From: Tubulanus polymorphus
Taxonomy: Eukaryota; Animalia; Nemertea
Direction: 5' to 3'
NCBI RefSeq assembly: GCF_964204645.1
Contig: NC_134025.1
Span: 14,322,001 to 14,386,000 of the forward strand
Length of the DNA: 64,000 bases
The translations under genes and the position numbers were made by a program. Below are positions 50,875 to 60,243 of the stretch, piece by piece. The notes under the pieces are model-generated. The model made no database searches. It saw only the letters and a list, made by a program, of their open reading frames with translations, and was not told where the DNA came from. The first letter of the stretch is position 1. The number at the start of each line of letters is the position of its first letter.

Positions 50875-53800
50875 ACTTTGTGTGTAGATGGCTTGAATTT
50901 GTTTATAAAATAATCAACGTTACTCATTAGTTCAAGCCACTGTAGCGCGTTACTGCAGCGACGCTCAATACACTCGCTGTGTGTGTGTAACACAGAACAC
51001 GCTTGTACATGGAAATATGATACGCTCATACAGCACGCGCGCGCTAATCTAGTCTAACGCCTTGCGCGCGATATTCAGCGCTAATGCTGAGAGACTGGGG
51101 AGTACTCCGGACACTAAGCAGTGAAAACTTTTGGAATTCGGATGGTGCTGGATCATTCTTAGCAGCTTCAGACGGTCGCTACTCTATACGTAAAAACCAG
51201 CGTAAATTAATTGGCCAGCTAAGATTTCCACCCCGAATATATCACTCGAATTTACTGAGTATGCAAGAAACTGCAAGAAATACTGATGACAAAGTCAAAG
51301 TTTAACTACATATTCCACAAAACAAACGAGGCATTTTGATGAATAAGTTTATTTTGTTTGGAAAAAAACATCATTTAAACACCGAAATATTATCAGCACA
51401 CCACGGCAGGTAGCGGTGCATCCACTATTTCTGCAGTGATAACACCACACGCCCAAGATCCGTGTTTTGATCAATGCTGAGAACTAATCTTAAGTAATTA
51501 AAGATGGCATTAAGTGTCATCAATGGAACCTGTCATTTTTATGCCCTTACGTTTGCAATCGTTGGAGCCCGGCTATCTTGTATTTAGTTTGCAAAACTGA
51601 TGATTTTGATATTTTTGATACTTAGTACAACGCGAGTCGATTGCATTGTCAGCAATAAGCCGGTAACCGTTTAACATTTATGTATCTATTACGTCTAGTA
51701 ATAGATAACGCTTCCCACGGAGAAGATAAGTGTTTTTACCGCCTGCGCATAGACGTGCATCAACAGGCCCACATTTTAATTGTCGAATGGTCATGCGAAG
51801 ACATGGTATCACAAAAACGTTTTAAGCTTGGGCCTAAATTGCTTTACTATTAAAAAGCTATCATGAATGAAACTATTGAAAGCCACATTCACTCAGTTGC
51901 TGAACTTGATTTCAACAGTAACTGGCTGTCCTGGTTTAATATGTACTGCCCTGAAATTTGAAAAGCTTATATAGCATCTTCTGATTTTGTTTGTCCCGAG
52001 TAGTTAATGTTCAAGTTTAAGTTGTTTTATGTCATAGCCTCGCGGGATCAAAATTGTCAAGTCCAAAATGTCCATAATTAAACTTGCGTAACTGTCGTTC
52101 TTCCACTGGTGAATATTGTTTTCGTGTTCCACTTGGTCAATCCTTAGACTACGGTAGCTATAGGCCCTCAGAGTACAGCTAGCAGTTGGCATTAACCCTT
52201 ACAATACAATTACCGTATGGCATACAGTACAAATTGGCAAGCTAGCATACCCGTACTATGGTGAAGGCAGCAGCCAGGAAAAAACAATTTGGCTTGATGA
52301 AACGGTTCAGCAGCTCGTATATGATGCTGACAGAATGATGCTGGTGACTTGGAATTCGGTAGTGAACAAATTGAGAGTGACAACGAATATGACAGTGCAG
52401 TTCAGATGATGAGACTTAGTCAGAAAATAATTTAGTGCCGGCAATGATTTTGATGATGAAAATGAAATCAGTGACCATAGAACCAGAAACTGTCCATCCT
52501 CAAGGTCACATATATCCAAATTATTTGTCTTATTTTTAAGCCCAAAGGTTATCAACACCATGGTATATAATAAAGCAGTGTCAAATACATAGGTAAAAAT
52601 TTTCTGAGGCCTGAAATTATACCCCAATGAAACCCCTTACATGGAAAAGTGGGTAAATGAGTGAAAAATAAATTTTTTAGTTTTGCTATTGCTTTGAAAT
52701 TTTTACTACATAAAGTAGGGATATATGGCATACAATTTCAGTTGAAATTGAATAGATCAGTGCATTTTCCTGGGAGACAGAGCAGTTTATCTGAAACTTT
52801 TTCGTGAATTTTTTCATGGCCGCCATCTTTGAGCATGTGACCTTGACCTCAAATTCACTTATATCCAAATTATTTATGTCTACTTTGTTGGCCCAAAAGT
52901 TAACAACAACATGCTATATAATTTTTCTGTGTCAGATGCCTTGGTAACTATTCTATGAAGCCTCAAATATACCCCTATAAACCCCTAAATTCCCTCCGGT
53001 ACAGCAGCAAAGACTCTATGTGGTATTGAAAGGGTTAAGGTTCAGTCTGTGAACAGCTTCAAGACACTCATGTTGAAATATGGATGTGAAGCATGTACTC
53101 AATGGACTGCATGGTCATTGGCCTTTGCCATGGGTTCTTGGCGATTGTGCCGAGAGCAGACTGTATCCGGTGGCCATGGTAAGTATATTTACTGATGTTT
53201 TACCTTGATAGTATGGTTTAAACATGCACCACATCAACACGGTTATTTCCATTCACTTTTCAAGTTCTAAGTCAATACCGAAACCCATCATGGAAAGTTT
53301 CTTTCTGGTTTTCATTTATTCTGCTTAATCTCTAGCGTACCAATGTTTAACTTTGATGCTGGATTAAACATACACTCACGTAAATTTAAGAAAGTTCATA
53401 TCAAGAACTTTGTTTCTTTTTTTTGTAGGTTGAACAGGAAAAATATGAAAAAGGTGTCAAATGGCTTCAAGAGTTATTATATCAAACTCAGTTTACCCAG
53501 GAACGGATTAAGGTTATTGGAAGTAAAATGGCAAATGATGTTGCAAAATTCAAGCGTAAGGCTCAAAAAGTCATCAAAGCTATTGCTTCAGATCTGAATT
53601 TCCAAAAAGGTAACAATTGTTTTCATTACATTAAAGATAATTCACAGGTTGCATAAAGTTTTGTTGACTGGAAAATTCGCTTTGTTTTAAATTCAGGTAG
53701 TAATCTTTGGGCTTCAGGGATGATGCGTCAACACAAGTTCCTTACAACTTTATTAAAAACGATCAAAAGTGATCCGTCTAAGGTAAAACCTAGCTGAAAT

Positions 53801-56236
53801 TACTTATTATAACCACACTTCTGCTTTTTGGCATGTATGAGAATGAGTATCCTTATAGAATGAGTATCCTTATAGAATGGTTCTGAGAGTAACTTTCTGT
53901 TTGCTCTTGGTGGCACAAATTGTTAACACAGCTGATATTTTGTCATTAGGAGGGAGATAGATGTTGGAATAAATAAGAGAGTTCCATCTTCCAGCTCTTC
54001 ACTGTTTAAAAGGCAACATGGTAGTTTCTTTCTCGTGTTCATATTCTATCCTTGCTCCCCACTCAATTGTGATTATCATCTGACTGAAGTTCTAATCTAG
54101 ATTCTGGAGTTTATATCGCCTTTTTTCCCACTGGTCAGAACTGGTTTGAGCTGGAATTTTGTGTAACTTGCTCGTAAAGTTGCTCGAGCTATTGTTTTAA
54201 AACCAGTATAAACTGGATTCAATTGCAAACTGCTCACAAATTGGCTCGGGTTATTGTTTTCAAAACCAGTATAAACTGGATTTAATTGTAATCTACCCAC
54301 AAATTGGCTCGAGTCTAAAACAGTTTAAAATCCTCGACAAGAATTACATATCATTAATGGAGAAAATCATATAAAGTTAAAAAGTAAATGCACAGTTACT
54401 TCAATAATTATGTCAAATTTAAGGAGATTTCAAATTCATAATACAAATAATTGAATCAAAATACATGTAGAGCCATTATTTGTTGTAAAAATGTTAAAAT
54501 GTATTACCAAGTTTGTTCTCTGGTTTTATTATGATGTGAAATTAACTACATTACAAAGTTAGTAATGATAGATTGGGACATTTTTTCCCTGGGAGAAAAA
54601 AGCTGTGTCAAAGAACAATTTTGGAAGTGAACTTGGAACTGGCCACATCATTGTTTGAAAAATTTGTCCATTTTTAGCAGTACTAATAGAAACTGCTCTA
54701 TTTGGATGCTCAGATGTAGAGCTGGCCAATTATCTCGAGATCAGTTGCTAAATATGGACTGCAATTTATCAGAAGATGCATGTATATATGGACAGATTTT
54801 CATATTCTAATGCAACTACTAAACCGCCACAATTAGGGGTATTTCTCCAGTTGTGTGTTTCAAAAATATCAGTTCAAATTAGTGGCATTAATTCATTAAG
54901 TCTATGGTTAACACTGAACTGAATGTCCAGTGCCGCTTGCTAAGGCTTTTTTTAATAGCTTGGTTTATGGGAACCGCCTCCCGAAATTTGAAGAAGTGTT
55001 ATTTCTATTCCTGTCTGTGGAACAAATTCAGTGAAAAATGTGCAAAAAAGATTTTTAACCTCTGCCGAATGAGAATCCTGCCTTGAATGATGAAAAAATT
55101 GAAAAACGCTAGGTTCTTTTTTGATCACAGCCTGCAGAAGTCGAACTTCCCAAGAATAATTTGTTGGACATTGTATATTGCCCTATCGACAGTTCACTCT
55201 TCCATCAAAAAGTGATTTTATCTCACTGAGGTAAATTTTTCCTTATTTTTATTTCTTCCTCCGAAATGATATTTTAATGTCTACCCCATAAACCAAGGTA
55301 TTAGAAAAACAGCCTAAGACCGTATTAATTATGAGCTATAAAATACATCCACTTTCTGTTATTATGCATAAATATTGTATAGGGTATTTGTACGCCGGGT
55401 AGCTATAGTAATTCGTAAGTCCGTGCTAATGAGCAACTTACAGATTTAGGGCTATTATATACCTGTAGTAGCAGGAGGCTTCCAGTTCATTTGCTTTGTA
55501 CAGATGAATGCAGTCCAAAGCCGCGCTCTCCTCTTATCCTTTGGCCACTCATACAATATATTCTAAGAATGTGAGCAGTCCATCACAACACAACGCATGT
55601 CATCTTGATTTTGGTGATTTTTGACGAGAAAATCAAAAGTGAAGCACGTAACGGATAACTTCCTGCTTGTTCTGTATTCCCAGAGTGATGTCACCGCGCG
55701 CGATTTACGAATTGCGTAATTTCATTGTTGAGTGCGTTGCTATGGCCCTCACGCTAATTTGGGAGTTCGGATGAAAAAAATTTTAACTAATTTTTTGCAA
55801 ATTAGGGAAAACACATTCTATCTTAAGGAATAAATCTTCTAAATCATTCATTTGTTCTAACTCTGCATAAGGTCGTTAAACTTAAATAAAACATCAGTAA
55901 ATATACTCCTAAGTTTAACGATCTTTTGCAGAGTTAGAACGATTCTGGAATAAAAACATACGCCATCGTAAATTTAGGAAAGTGCATATTAAGAATTTCA
56001 TTTCTTGTTGATATTTAAAGTGTCCATTACTTAAGAAAAATTTATCACTAATTTCAGCATGTTTTGATTTGTTTTTAGGCCATTGAAGATATGAATGAAT
56101 TACGCAGTCTGTTGAGCCATTCAGACAATTTTCGAGTACATATTGCTATGGATGTAGGTCTTCAGTCTACCCTTGGAAGCCTTACTGATTGTTGGAAATC
56201 ATTTATGCCTGAAGGTTTGCAAGCTGCATCAAAGCT
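9421..56236 (+). CDS. Host gene, partial (13 internal exons, ~579 aa): C05D11.1-like insulinase/M16 metallopeptidase
   Basis: Exons 9421-9543, 9766-10017, 10099-10190, 10283-10385, 11461-11535, 11636-11746, 30450-30593, 30672-30851, 34140-34242, 40989-41119, 53429-53609, 53697-53782, 56079-56236. All are AG/GT-bounded and phase-compatible, giving 1739 nt of open frame. Motifs YHREFYRPENLCLVITG, AWRGP, LMEYLTDTAVAPLQKEFVE, IGDFLYG. The N-terminal HxxEH exon and the C-terminus are outside the window. Confidence 0.85.
9766..10017 (+). CDS. Host M16-like peptidase exon
   Basis: ttag|AKLPPHVRPWQ...AWRGP...EFVEIDDPLCTL|gtaggc. Confidence 0.88.
10099..10190 (+). CDS. Host M16-like peptidase exon
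   Basis: tttttag|VRYSIIENSESTIYIFFENVPKDSIGEIHA(K)|gtaatg. Confidence 0.85.
10283..10385 (+). CDS. Host M16-like peptidase exon
   Basis: tgtag|LIKLLEGLVKRKESFDMKRMQSVIHRRILDSLDS|gtaagt. Confidence 0.85.
10847..11389. mobile_element. pogo/Tigger-like MITE
   Basis: TA|CCGTATTTTCCG ... CCGGAAATTACAG|TA with repeated AATAAGCCG motifs. A second partial copy lies at ~35325-35703. Confidence 0.7.
11461..11535 (+). CDS. Host M16-like peptidase exon
   Basis: ctgtag|FETQPHETFAFLCIGDFLYGDTVAD|gtaagt. Confidence 0.87.
11636..11746 (+). CDS. Host M16-like peptidase exon
   Basis: tttag|FKERFQQIEAFKKLATKDRDYWINLIQKFMLDSSFVS|gtaagt. Confidence 0.85.
12090..13060 (+). mobile_element. Degenerate, nested family A Helentron-like elements
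   Basis: Family A body and 154-bp units; a second 5' end TTTTTAGCCCACTTGG at ~12293; 61-bp tandem duplication at 12310-12431; 3' end CCAAGTGGGCATGGTGTCCCTGGACCC at ~13028-13060. Confidence 0.7.
13283..13324 (-). ncRNA. Minimal type I hammerhead ribozyme motif
   Basis: ccac-CTGATGA-T-GGCTGTT-agtc-AATAGCC-GAAA-TG-TT-gtgg: core boxes, 7-bp stem II and stem I ccac/gtgg. Confidence 0.7.
13541..13708 (-). pseudogene. C-terminal fragment of a Penelope GIY-YIG endonuclease
   Basis: EKLIYPSTDIHKRHIVESALIYKLSKSNLSTNLNTGFSPDNQLLSRHINSLLDLG* (R..ES..I...N.N.G signature). Confidence 0.7.
13827..14606. mobile_element. Unclassified MITE with a 6-bp target duplication
   Basis: CAGTAT|CAGGCATCTCAA ... TTGGGATCCCTG|CAGTAT; interrupts a 154-bp family A unit. 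Confidence 0.6.
14882..15312 (+). repeat. Dispersed repeat with E2F-, GC- and CCAAT-like motifs (copy 2)
   Basis: Matches 6678-6975 and 31217-31640. Confidence 0.75.
16806..17637 (+). mobile_element. Family A Helentron-like element, internally deleted
   Basis: TTAGTCCACTTGGGACTTTAGTC start, four ~154-bp units, TTCCAAGTGGGCATTGTGTCCCC end. Confidence 0.7.
19799..20903 (+). mobile_element. Full-length family A non-autonomous Helentron-like element (HINE/DINE-like)
   Basis: T-run, subTIR GCCCACTTGGGA forming a 5' hairpin, (CCGT)n, three 154-bp tandem units (starts 20414, 20568, 20722), inverted subTIR TCCCAAGTGGGC, short 3' hairpin, CTAGTT; no TSD. Confidence 0.8.
21380..21545 (+). mobile_element. 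L2/CR1-group LINE 3' end relic
   Basis: FRRLLKTHLFT* followed by TAAAGCGCCTTTGA...GACGCTTCATAAG, typical of L2 3' ends. Confidence 0.55.
21930..23250. mobile_element. Possible non-autonomous Kolobok-like element (left end uncertain)
   Basis: Right end GTGTCAGTTACCCT|TTAA. TTAA-(A)AGG/GGG candidates at 21930-21995. Inverted subterminal block TGTCTATAGAAATG (~22056) versus CATTTCTATAGACA (~23012). Confidence 0.35.
25100..25208. repeat. Compound (ACC)n/(ACT)n microsatellite
   Basis: Read directly from the sequence. Confidence 0.95.
25801..28376 (-). mobile_element. Family C Helentron-like element
   Basis: Minus 5' end TTTAGGGTTTCTGCTGCTTTCGCAGAAACCCT plus (ATT)n at 28294-28329. 3' end GGCAGAAAACCC..GCTTTGCAGCTATATT at ~25835-25801. 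Confidence 0.65.
29108..29146 (-). ncRNA. Minimal hammerhead ribozyme motif (antisense arm)
   Basis: Exact reverse complement of 29258-29296. Confidence 0.65.
29258..29296 (+). ncRNA. Minimal hammerhead ribozyme motif
   Basis: agc-CTGACGA-T-GCCTAC-agaat-GTAGGT-GAAA-GC-TT-gct: intact core, stem II, palindromic AGCT stem III, short stem I agc/gct. Confidence 0.68.
30450..30593 (+). CDS. Host M16-like peptidase exon
   Basis: tttttag|IEGEPSIQKMKEISSAEKNRIDAQQKNLGKVGLQDKADILQKATQTND|gtatgt. Confidence 0.87.
30672..30851 (+). CDS. Host M16-like peptidase exon
   Basis: tgtag|ISAPDDMLRSVPVP...MQLDDIHTNFVE|gtaagc. Confidence 0.87.
31217..31640 (+). repeat. Dispersed repeat with E2F-, GC- and CCAAT-like motifs (copy 3)
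   Basis: Matches 14882-15312. Confidence 0.75.
32196..33382 (+). mobile_element. Family A Helentron-like element nested in an older 154-bp array (31660-33470)
   Basis: attagTTTTT|AGCCCACTTGG ... GGACCCCTA|TTTgtatatcgttaccagggg. The uninterrupted equivalent attagtttttgtatatggttaccagggg is at ~35065. Confidence 0.8.
34140..34242 (+). CDS. Host M16-like peptidase exon
   Basis: tttcag|FDVLMNTECLPDDLKLYLPLFTEILLESPVIRNG|gtaaaa. Confidence 0.87.
34364..35232 (+). repeat. Array of ~154-bp family A internal tandem units without element ends
   Basis: About 5.5 units of tattttgttaccacaatcaattg...ggtcaccagggggcgttgaata. Confidence 0.8.
36514..36814. mobile_element. MITE with CAGGGGCGGAT termini
   Basis: AATTT|CAGGGGCGGATCCAG ... 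CTAAATCCGCTCCTG|AATTT. Confidence 0.65.
38163..39115. mobile_element. Tc1/mariner-pogo-type MITE
   Basis: TA|CAGTATAACCTCTCTATAGTGAAC ... GTTCACTAAGGGAGGTTTTACCG|TA with reiterated TGTTCACTA subterminal motifs. Confidence 0.75.
39141..39362. mobile_element. Older Penelope-like inverted pseudo-LTR (same family as 13223) with degenerate hammerhead
   Basis: Inverted arms. The + copy reads CTGATGA-T-GGCTGTT-agtc-AACAGTC-AAAA-CGTT (GAAA changed to AAAA) at ~39267-39300. The - copy lacks an intact CTGANGA box. Confidence 0.65.
40989..41119 (+). CDS. Host M16-like peptidase exon
   Basis: ttttcag|(E)FVPHEEVITELAADTLSSDATVGVGGGRFSCGDYAQVITLSLK|gtacgt. Confidence 0.87.
41848..43142 (+). mobile_element. 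Full-length family A Helentron-like element (4 tandem units)
   Basis: Same termini and architecture as 19799-20903. Confidence 0.8.
43943..43960 (+). promoter_or_regulatory. 18-bp subterminal motif ATGACGTATAACCGAGAA upstream of KolX
   Basis: Exact inverted copy at 48425-48442; contains a CRE-like TGACGT. Confidence 0.55.
43978..44972 (+). CDS. KolX accessory protein (P2X7 C-terminal ballast / Nanor-like Cys-rich domain), 232 aa, exons 43978-44255 and 44552-44972
   Basis: The TG|gtaag...cacag|G splice restores WCTCTHC. Motifs ECVCCSE, CIT..GF..VCL, YRHIAYRQFV, RVILPSCVVSCIRAHFP, YKGF. 699 nt open to TAA. Confidence 0.88.
45074..48329 (-). pseudogene. Kolobok THAP + DDE transposase, multi-exon, disrupted
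   Basis: THAP exons 48329-48115 and 47748-47456 (MPRRC..C..W..LCGRHF, LKPDAIPTI). Further motifs KFIV..LLELF.C..C, GDARCDSPGHSAKY, WIQSIRVHLYWCA, QTSSVEAFHS, PPPHL..KEEA..HLSRF. Stops at ~47230 and 45823; frameshifts at ~47055, ~46865 and ~46100; the region expected to carry the second catalytic Asp is missing at ~46255. Confidence 0.88.
48425..48442 (-). promoter_or_regulatory. 18-bp subterminal motif upstream of the Kolobok transposase
   Basis: TTCTCGGTTATACGTCAT is the reverse complement of 43943-43960. Confidence 0.55.
49222..50496 (+). mobile_element. Family E Helentron-like element (other 5' ends at ~16292 and ~40480)
   Basis: 5' TTATGGACTTTCGC-ttta-GCAAAGTCCA hairpin; 3' inverted GAAAGTCCATA...CTTGTTT; body matches 18365-18810. 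Confidence 0.6.
49716..50004. mobile_element. piggyBac MITE (289 bp)
   Basis: TTAA|CCCTTTCAGTGC ... GCACTGAAAGGG|TTAA. Internal inverted repeat AGTGCGTCTACACC / GGTGTAGACGCACT. Empty paralogous site at ~18720. Confidence 0.88.
50772..50874. repeat. (GTCT)n microsatellite in the 5' part of a family D Helentron-like element starting ~50635
   Basis: Read directly; the upstream 130 bp match 56493-56628. Confidence 0.9.
52196..53034. mobile_element. Non-autonomous piggyBac-like element (839 bp)
   Basis: TTAA|CCCTTACAATAC ... GTATTGAAAGGG|TTAA (11/12 TIR match). Internal ~125-bp direct repeat at ~52512 and ~52861. Confidence 0.72.
53429..53609 (+). CDS. Host M16-like peptidase exon
   Basis: ttttgtag|VEQEKYEKGVKWLQELLYQTQFTQERIKVIGSKMANDVAKFKRKAQKVIKAIASDLNFQK|gtaaca. 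Confidence 0.88.
53697..53782 (+). CDS. Host M16-like peptidase exon
   Basis: ttcag|(G)SNLWASGMMRQHKFLTTLLKTIKSDPSK|gtaaaa. Confidence 0.86.
54944..55314. mobile_element. MITE with TAA TSD (Zator- or PIF/Harbinger-like)
   Basis: TAA|GGCTTTTTTTAATAGCTTGGTTTATGGG ... CCCATAAACCAAGGTATTAGAAAAACAGCC|TAA. Confidence 0.7.
56079..56236 (+). CDS. Host M16-like peptidase exon (last one seen)
   Basis: tttttag|AIEDMNELRSLLSHSDNFRVHIAMDV...MPEGLQAASK(L)|gtatgt; the donor position is less certain. Confidence 0.78.
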
Positions 56237-56492
56237 GTATGTAAATCACCTTTGTATTCTACATTTTACATGCCCTACTAGTATTGGGTTATATGGGAAT
56301 CTCAATGCTTGGATTATGCCGAGAAATACTGTATTTGCTGCCGTACAAGTTGACTTTTTTTTTAGACCAAAAAATCACGCCCATATAAATTGAGGTTGAT
56401 TTATACGCTGATAATGTAGAGAGAATCCCACGATGATAATGAAATAGTCCAAAATGTTACTGGAGCTATCAGTTTATTCACCGCTTCAACTA

Positions 56493-57394
56493 TTTTTAGG
56501 CCAGCTGTAGGCTGAGCCTATTACTATACGAATGGAGCGAATTTAAATGACATGGTGTCCAGAGCTAAGGCCCATTGACTGTGCAACTGAGCATATGTTC
56601 ATACAAATCATTCAATAGAGCATTATCCATTGTCCAACCCTTATGAAGCTGAATTTTGAAAGAGGGCCTCGTAAAAATTTATATGAGCTTTTTCGCAAAA
56701 TTCTGATCGCAAAAATATCTGTTTTAAAAAGCCAATCAGAAAGCAAAGACTCCTCTATGATTGGCTTAGCTGCAGAGATCAGCAGGTGTTCACGTGAACC
56801 TGCGGTATCGTCTACCGTTTTACTTCTGGGTTTTACTTTAAGATCTAAAATTGTATATCAATATCAATTTCTGTGAAATCTTTAGTTGATTTGGTTTTTG
56901 GGAGGAATATATTTATTTGCACTACAGAAAATATCATTGACAATTTTGCAAAGTCTGGGAAAAATAGCTTTTTCTCAAATCGGATGGATGACCTTAATAT
57001 GCTAATTAACCATGTGCTCAAACTGCAAATTCAATCAAATTTTATTCTGTAAAAATATCAAATCCAATTCAATTTTACTTTATTGAACAAGGTAAAATAG
57101 CAAATCCAATTCAATTTTGTTTTATTGAGCAAATTTCAGAAAATTCAATTCTTTTCCGCATTCAAATCAATAAGACCAAAGGAAAAGATTTATCTGAGGT
57201 ATTTGTTCCAACCAGCTCCAGTCGCTGTCTGTGCTACTTATGAAAACACAATTGAATTGTGTAAATTATTAGCCTGGGATTGACTAGTCTATGAGCTGGG
57301 CCATGTATTTGGACAAATTTAACCCACAGAATGCATCATTTGCCATTTTATGAAAAGCTGACAGGCTGGCCATAATGCCCCTTGGGGCTCTTGT
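56493..57394 (+). mobile_element. Family D Helentron-like element
   Basis: TTTTTAGGCCAGC-tgtag-GCTGAGCCTA start; end GGCTGGCC..GCCCC-tt-GGGGC-TCTTGT. Confidence 0.6.
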
Positions 57395-58278
57395 CTTAAA
57401 GTCATCTTCAGGAATACTGATTATCCTGTATAAATCTCTTTGTTCTGGGTTGTATATTCATTTCACAATTGCTGTTTAGAATAAACTACTAGCTCCAGTA
57501 ACAATTACAGACTATTTTTAGCATCGGTTGATGTCTATGATGTCATGCCAATGCTTATATAAATAAAAGCTTTCAAGGTAAACCACACTTTGCCCATGGG
57601 CAATTTATTCTCGTTAGTTATGTGGTAGATGAGAGGGGGTTAATCGGGTAGGGATGTTTCGGCATTGACATTGGCAGTTGAGAATGGGGAATGAACTGTT
57701 TTGAATAGAAAATCATAGATTTATGTACCCCGGTTATCTAAGATATCATTGTGTTTAAATATCAGTGTTATCCCTCCTATCAGAAGTAATGAGATTAATT
57801 GGGATTAATTCTCAGTGGCAGAATACATATTTCTAGAGCAGTGGACAGGGTTTGTCGGGGTGCTTGAAAAGCTTGAAATGGCTTGAATTTGATAAATGCT
57901 ATTCAAGTGCTTGAAAGCGGCTTGAAAATAGATGGAAAGCTTGAAGTAATTATTTTTGACTTTGAATAAAAAAATATGGCTTTAAATTCTTGATTATGAC
58001 AAATTTCCTTCTTCGAGAATTTTTTTCAATGAAATCGCAGACAGAATACGATCTACAGTTGTTTCTTCTTGTGCATCATGTCCCTGGCATCCATGAAGAA
58101 ATTAATTGAATTTCATTGAATCGCGAGACTCGTCGAGCATTGATGTAAAATAGATGGCATCGAAATCCCACACCGAGTTGAGAGCCAGGTTGAAGGCAAG
58201 CTGGTAATGTTATAGCACGCATATATTCAATCTACTGTTTTATTTTGGACACAGAGATGACGCTCAGCAGGAAGTTAA

Positions 58279-60243
58279 TTAGGGTTTCTGCTGCCTTTGC
58301 AGAAACCCCATTGGATACCTGCTGATTATTATTTTAACATATTTTTGTCACGTAAAAATCATCTATCAGATTTGACTACTAACAACTTTGAAACGAAATG
58401 TTAAACTCTGATAATGATATAACAGTCTCTTTCTGCGCGTAGTTTCTATGGATGTACTGTGCTTCCTATTTTAAACTTGAAGTTACTTAAATATAGCACC
58501 GGTGGAAATAGCAATCATCAATCATGGCGCGCATACTGGCGCGAATCTGAAAGTTTGTGACGTCATTTCATAAATAAATAAAGAAGGAAGGCTCCGAGAA
58601 TATCCAAATCACAGGTTACTATGAATAACTGGGGTTCGACCATTCACAAGTTAAAAATGTACTTCCTTGTTTGTGAAGTAAGTTTATTCATACTGTTATT
58701 AAAAGCAGTTCCTTTTAAACATTCTATAATAGTATAGTTTTGTTCGTGGATATCAATACTTCGAAGAATCAACAGCGGTTTATTTATTTATTGTACCGGT
58801 ACGCGTTTTCTTAATTGAATTGAATTGGTCCGGTCCAAAAGCGGATCATACTAGTTAGCGTCAGAAAATGTCAGCGTTGGTGATACCTTGTTATCGTCGA
58901 TATTTAACGGTCTAAAGTCAGTTTATACACCACATACATTACAAATTGGAGGTCCCTTGTACATGTACATCACATCGTGACGCAGCGGCGATGGTAATGT
59001 CATAGAAGAACAAAGTCAGTTGAAAATACCAGCTACCCACTGCACCGATAAAGAATGATTGCTAGCCAGAGACCAGTTACAGTCAGTAATGGGGAGTGAT
59101 GGTACCGTTTGTGATTATGTTTTTATAATGGTTATTGGACGTCAATTTCATACGTGAATTGTAGTCCCATCTGATCGCTTGACTTGTCAGACTGACTTGT
59201 CACTCCTCTACTAATAGTAACACTATAAGGCCTTCCCTCCTGCATAGTTTACCCTATAGGCCAAATTTGTGCTTTGGGCCAAATTCGGATTTCTTATCTA
59301 GTCGACTTTTTTTCGGAACTAATAATAACCGAATATGCGCTTATCATGCTAACTGTGACCGGACGACACAGTCTCCAGATCGCTAGTTTTCACGCGGTGT
59401 GGCGCCACGTCACAGGTGTTTGACCTACTTATCCCCTTACTGCCTAAATGGCAATGTATAAAGCTTATACGGCTTGTATGTATGCCTGGTAGTCCTGGCA
59501 ACCCCAGGGACTTGTTTTTGTTCGAGTTCGCTGGCGGGTGTATGAATAAAATCTATGTAGGTCACAAAAGTCAATAACGGTGAATCGAGGTCAAGTTGTG
59601 TAAACAAAGTAGGGCAAAATTGAAAGCTTTATAAATAGACACAGCGGCTGGTATACGGTGTCTATACATGACGCAGTGGATATAATGAAGATATATAGAG
59701 AGAATATGAAGCTGCAGTTAGGGGTAGGGGTACCCGAATGACCCGAAAGTAGGTCAAATTTTTTTTTTTTGACATTTTGGGGGCCTCCTAACGACCCCAG
59801 AATAGCTAGATCATCAGAAACAAGCTGAATCATCATATTTTAGTGTAGGGAAGCGTATTAGACCGTCTAGAAGTTTGAGAACCCAATATTTTTTGAAAAA
59901 ATTTTTTTTTCAAAATAAAGTTAGCAAAATCTCAGGATCTGGTTTTTAGAGAAGTCGCATGGAAAGGCTGTCACTAGCGAATGGTAAAAACACCGTAGCT
60001 TCATTCTTCTCGATGTGATTGCCCCCAAAACCTGGCACGTTAGTACTTTGCGCGTAGTAGCACATGCGCGTAGTAGCACACGTGGGTCAACATATCCATG
60101 TTGTGAGTTGATCCCTAGGTGGCACTCTTTTGAAAAAAACAGAATGTAACGAACTGATTTCGGGTGAAATCTTTGCTCGCATCCCTGAACGACATTCTAT
60201 CCAGAAAGGCAGAAACCCGTTATCGCTGCTTGCAGCTATATTT
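58279..60243 (+). mobile_element. Family C-type Helentron-like element
   Basis: 5' TTAGGGTTTCTGCTGCCTTTGCAGAAACCC; 3' GGCAGAAACCCGTTATCGCTGCTTGCAGCTATATTT. Confidence 0.62.

Noticed and set aside
50694-51029. ORFs with LSVC/QTDR repeats (and the poly-Y or poly-I/L ORFs at 28070 and 60130)
   Set aside because: They are translations of microsatellites.
57846-57960. hAT-like left end (CAGGGTT plus GCTTGAA repeats)
   Set aside because: No partner end or TSD was found in the window.
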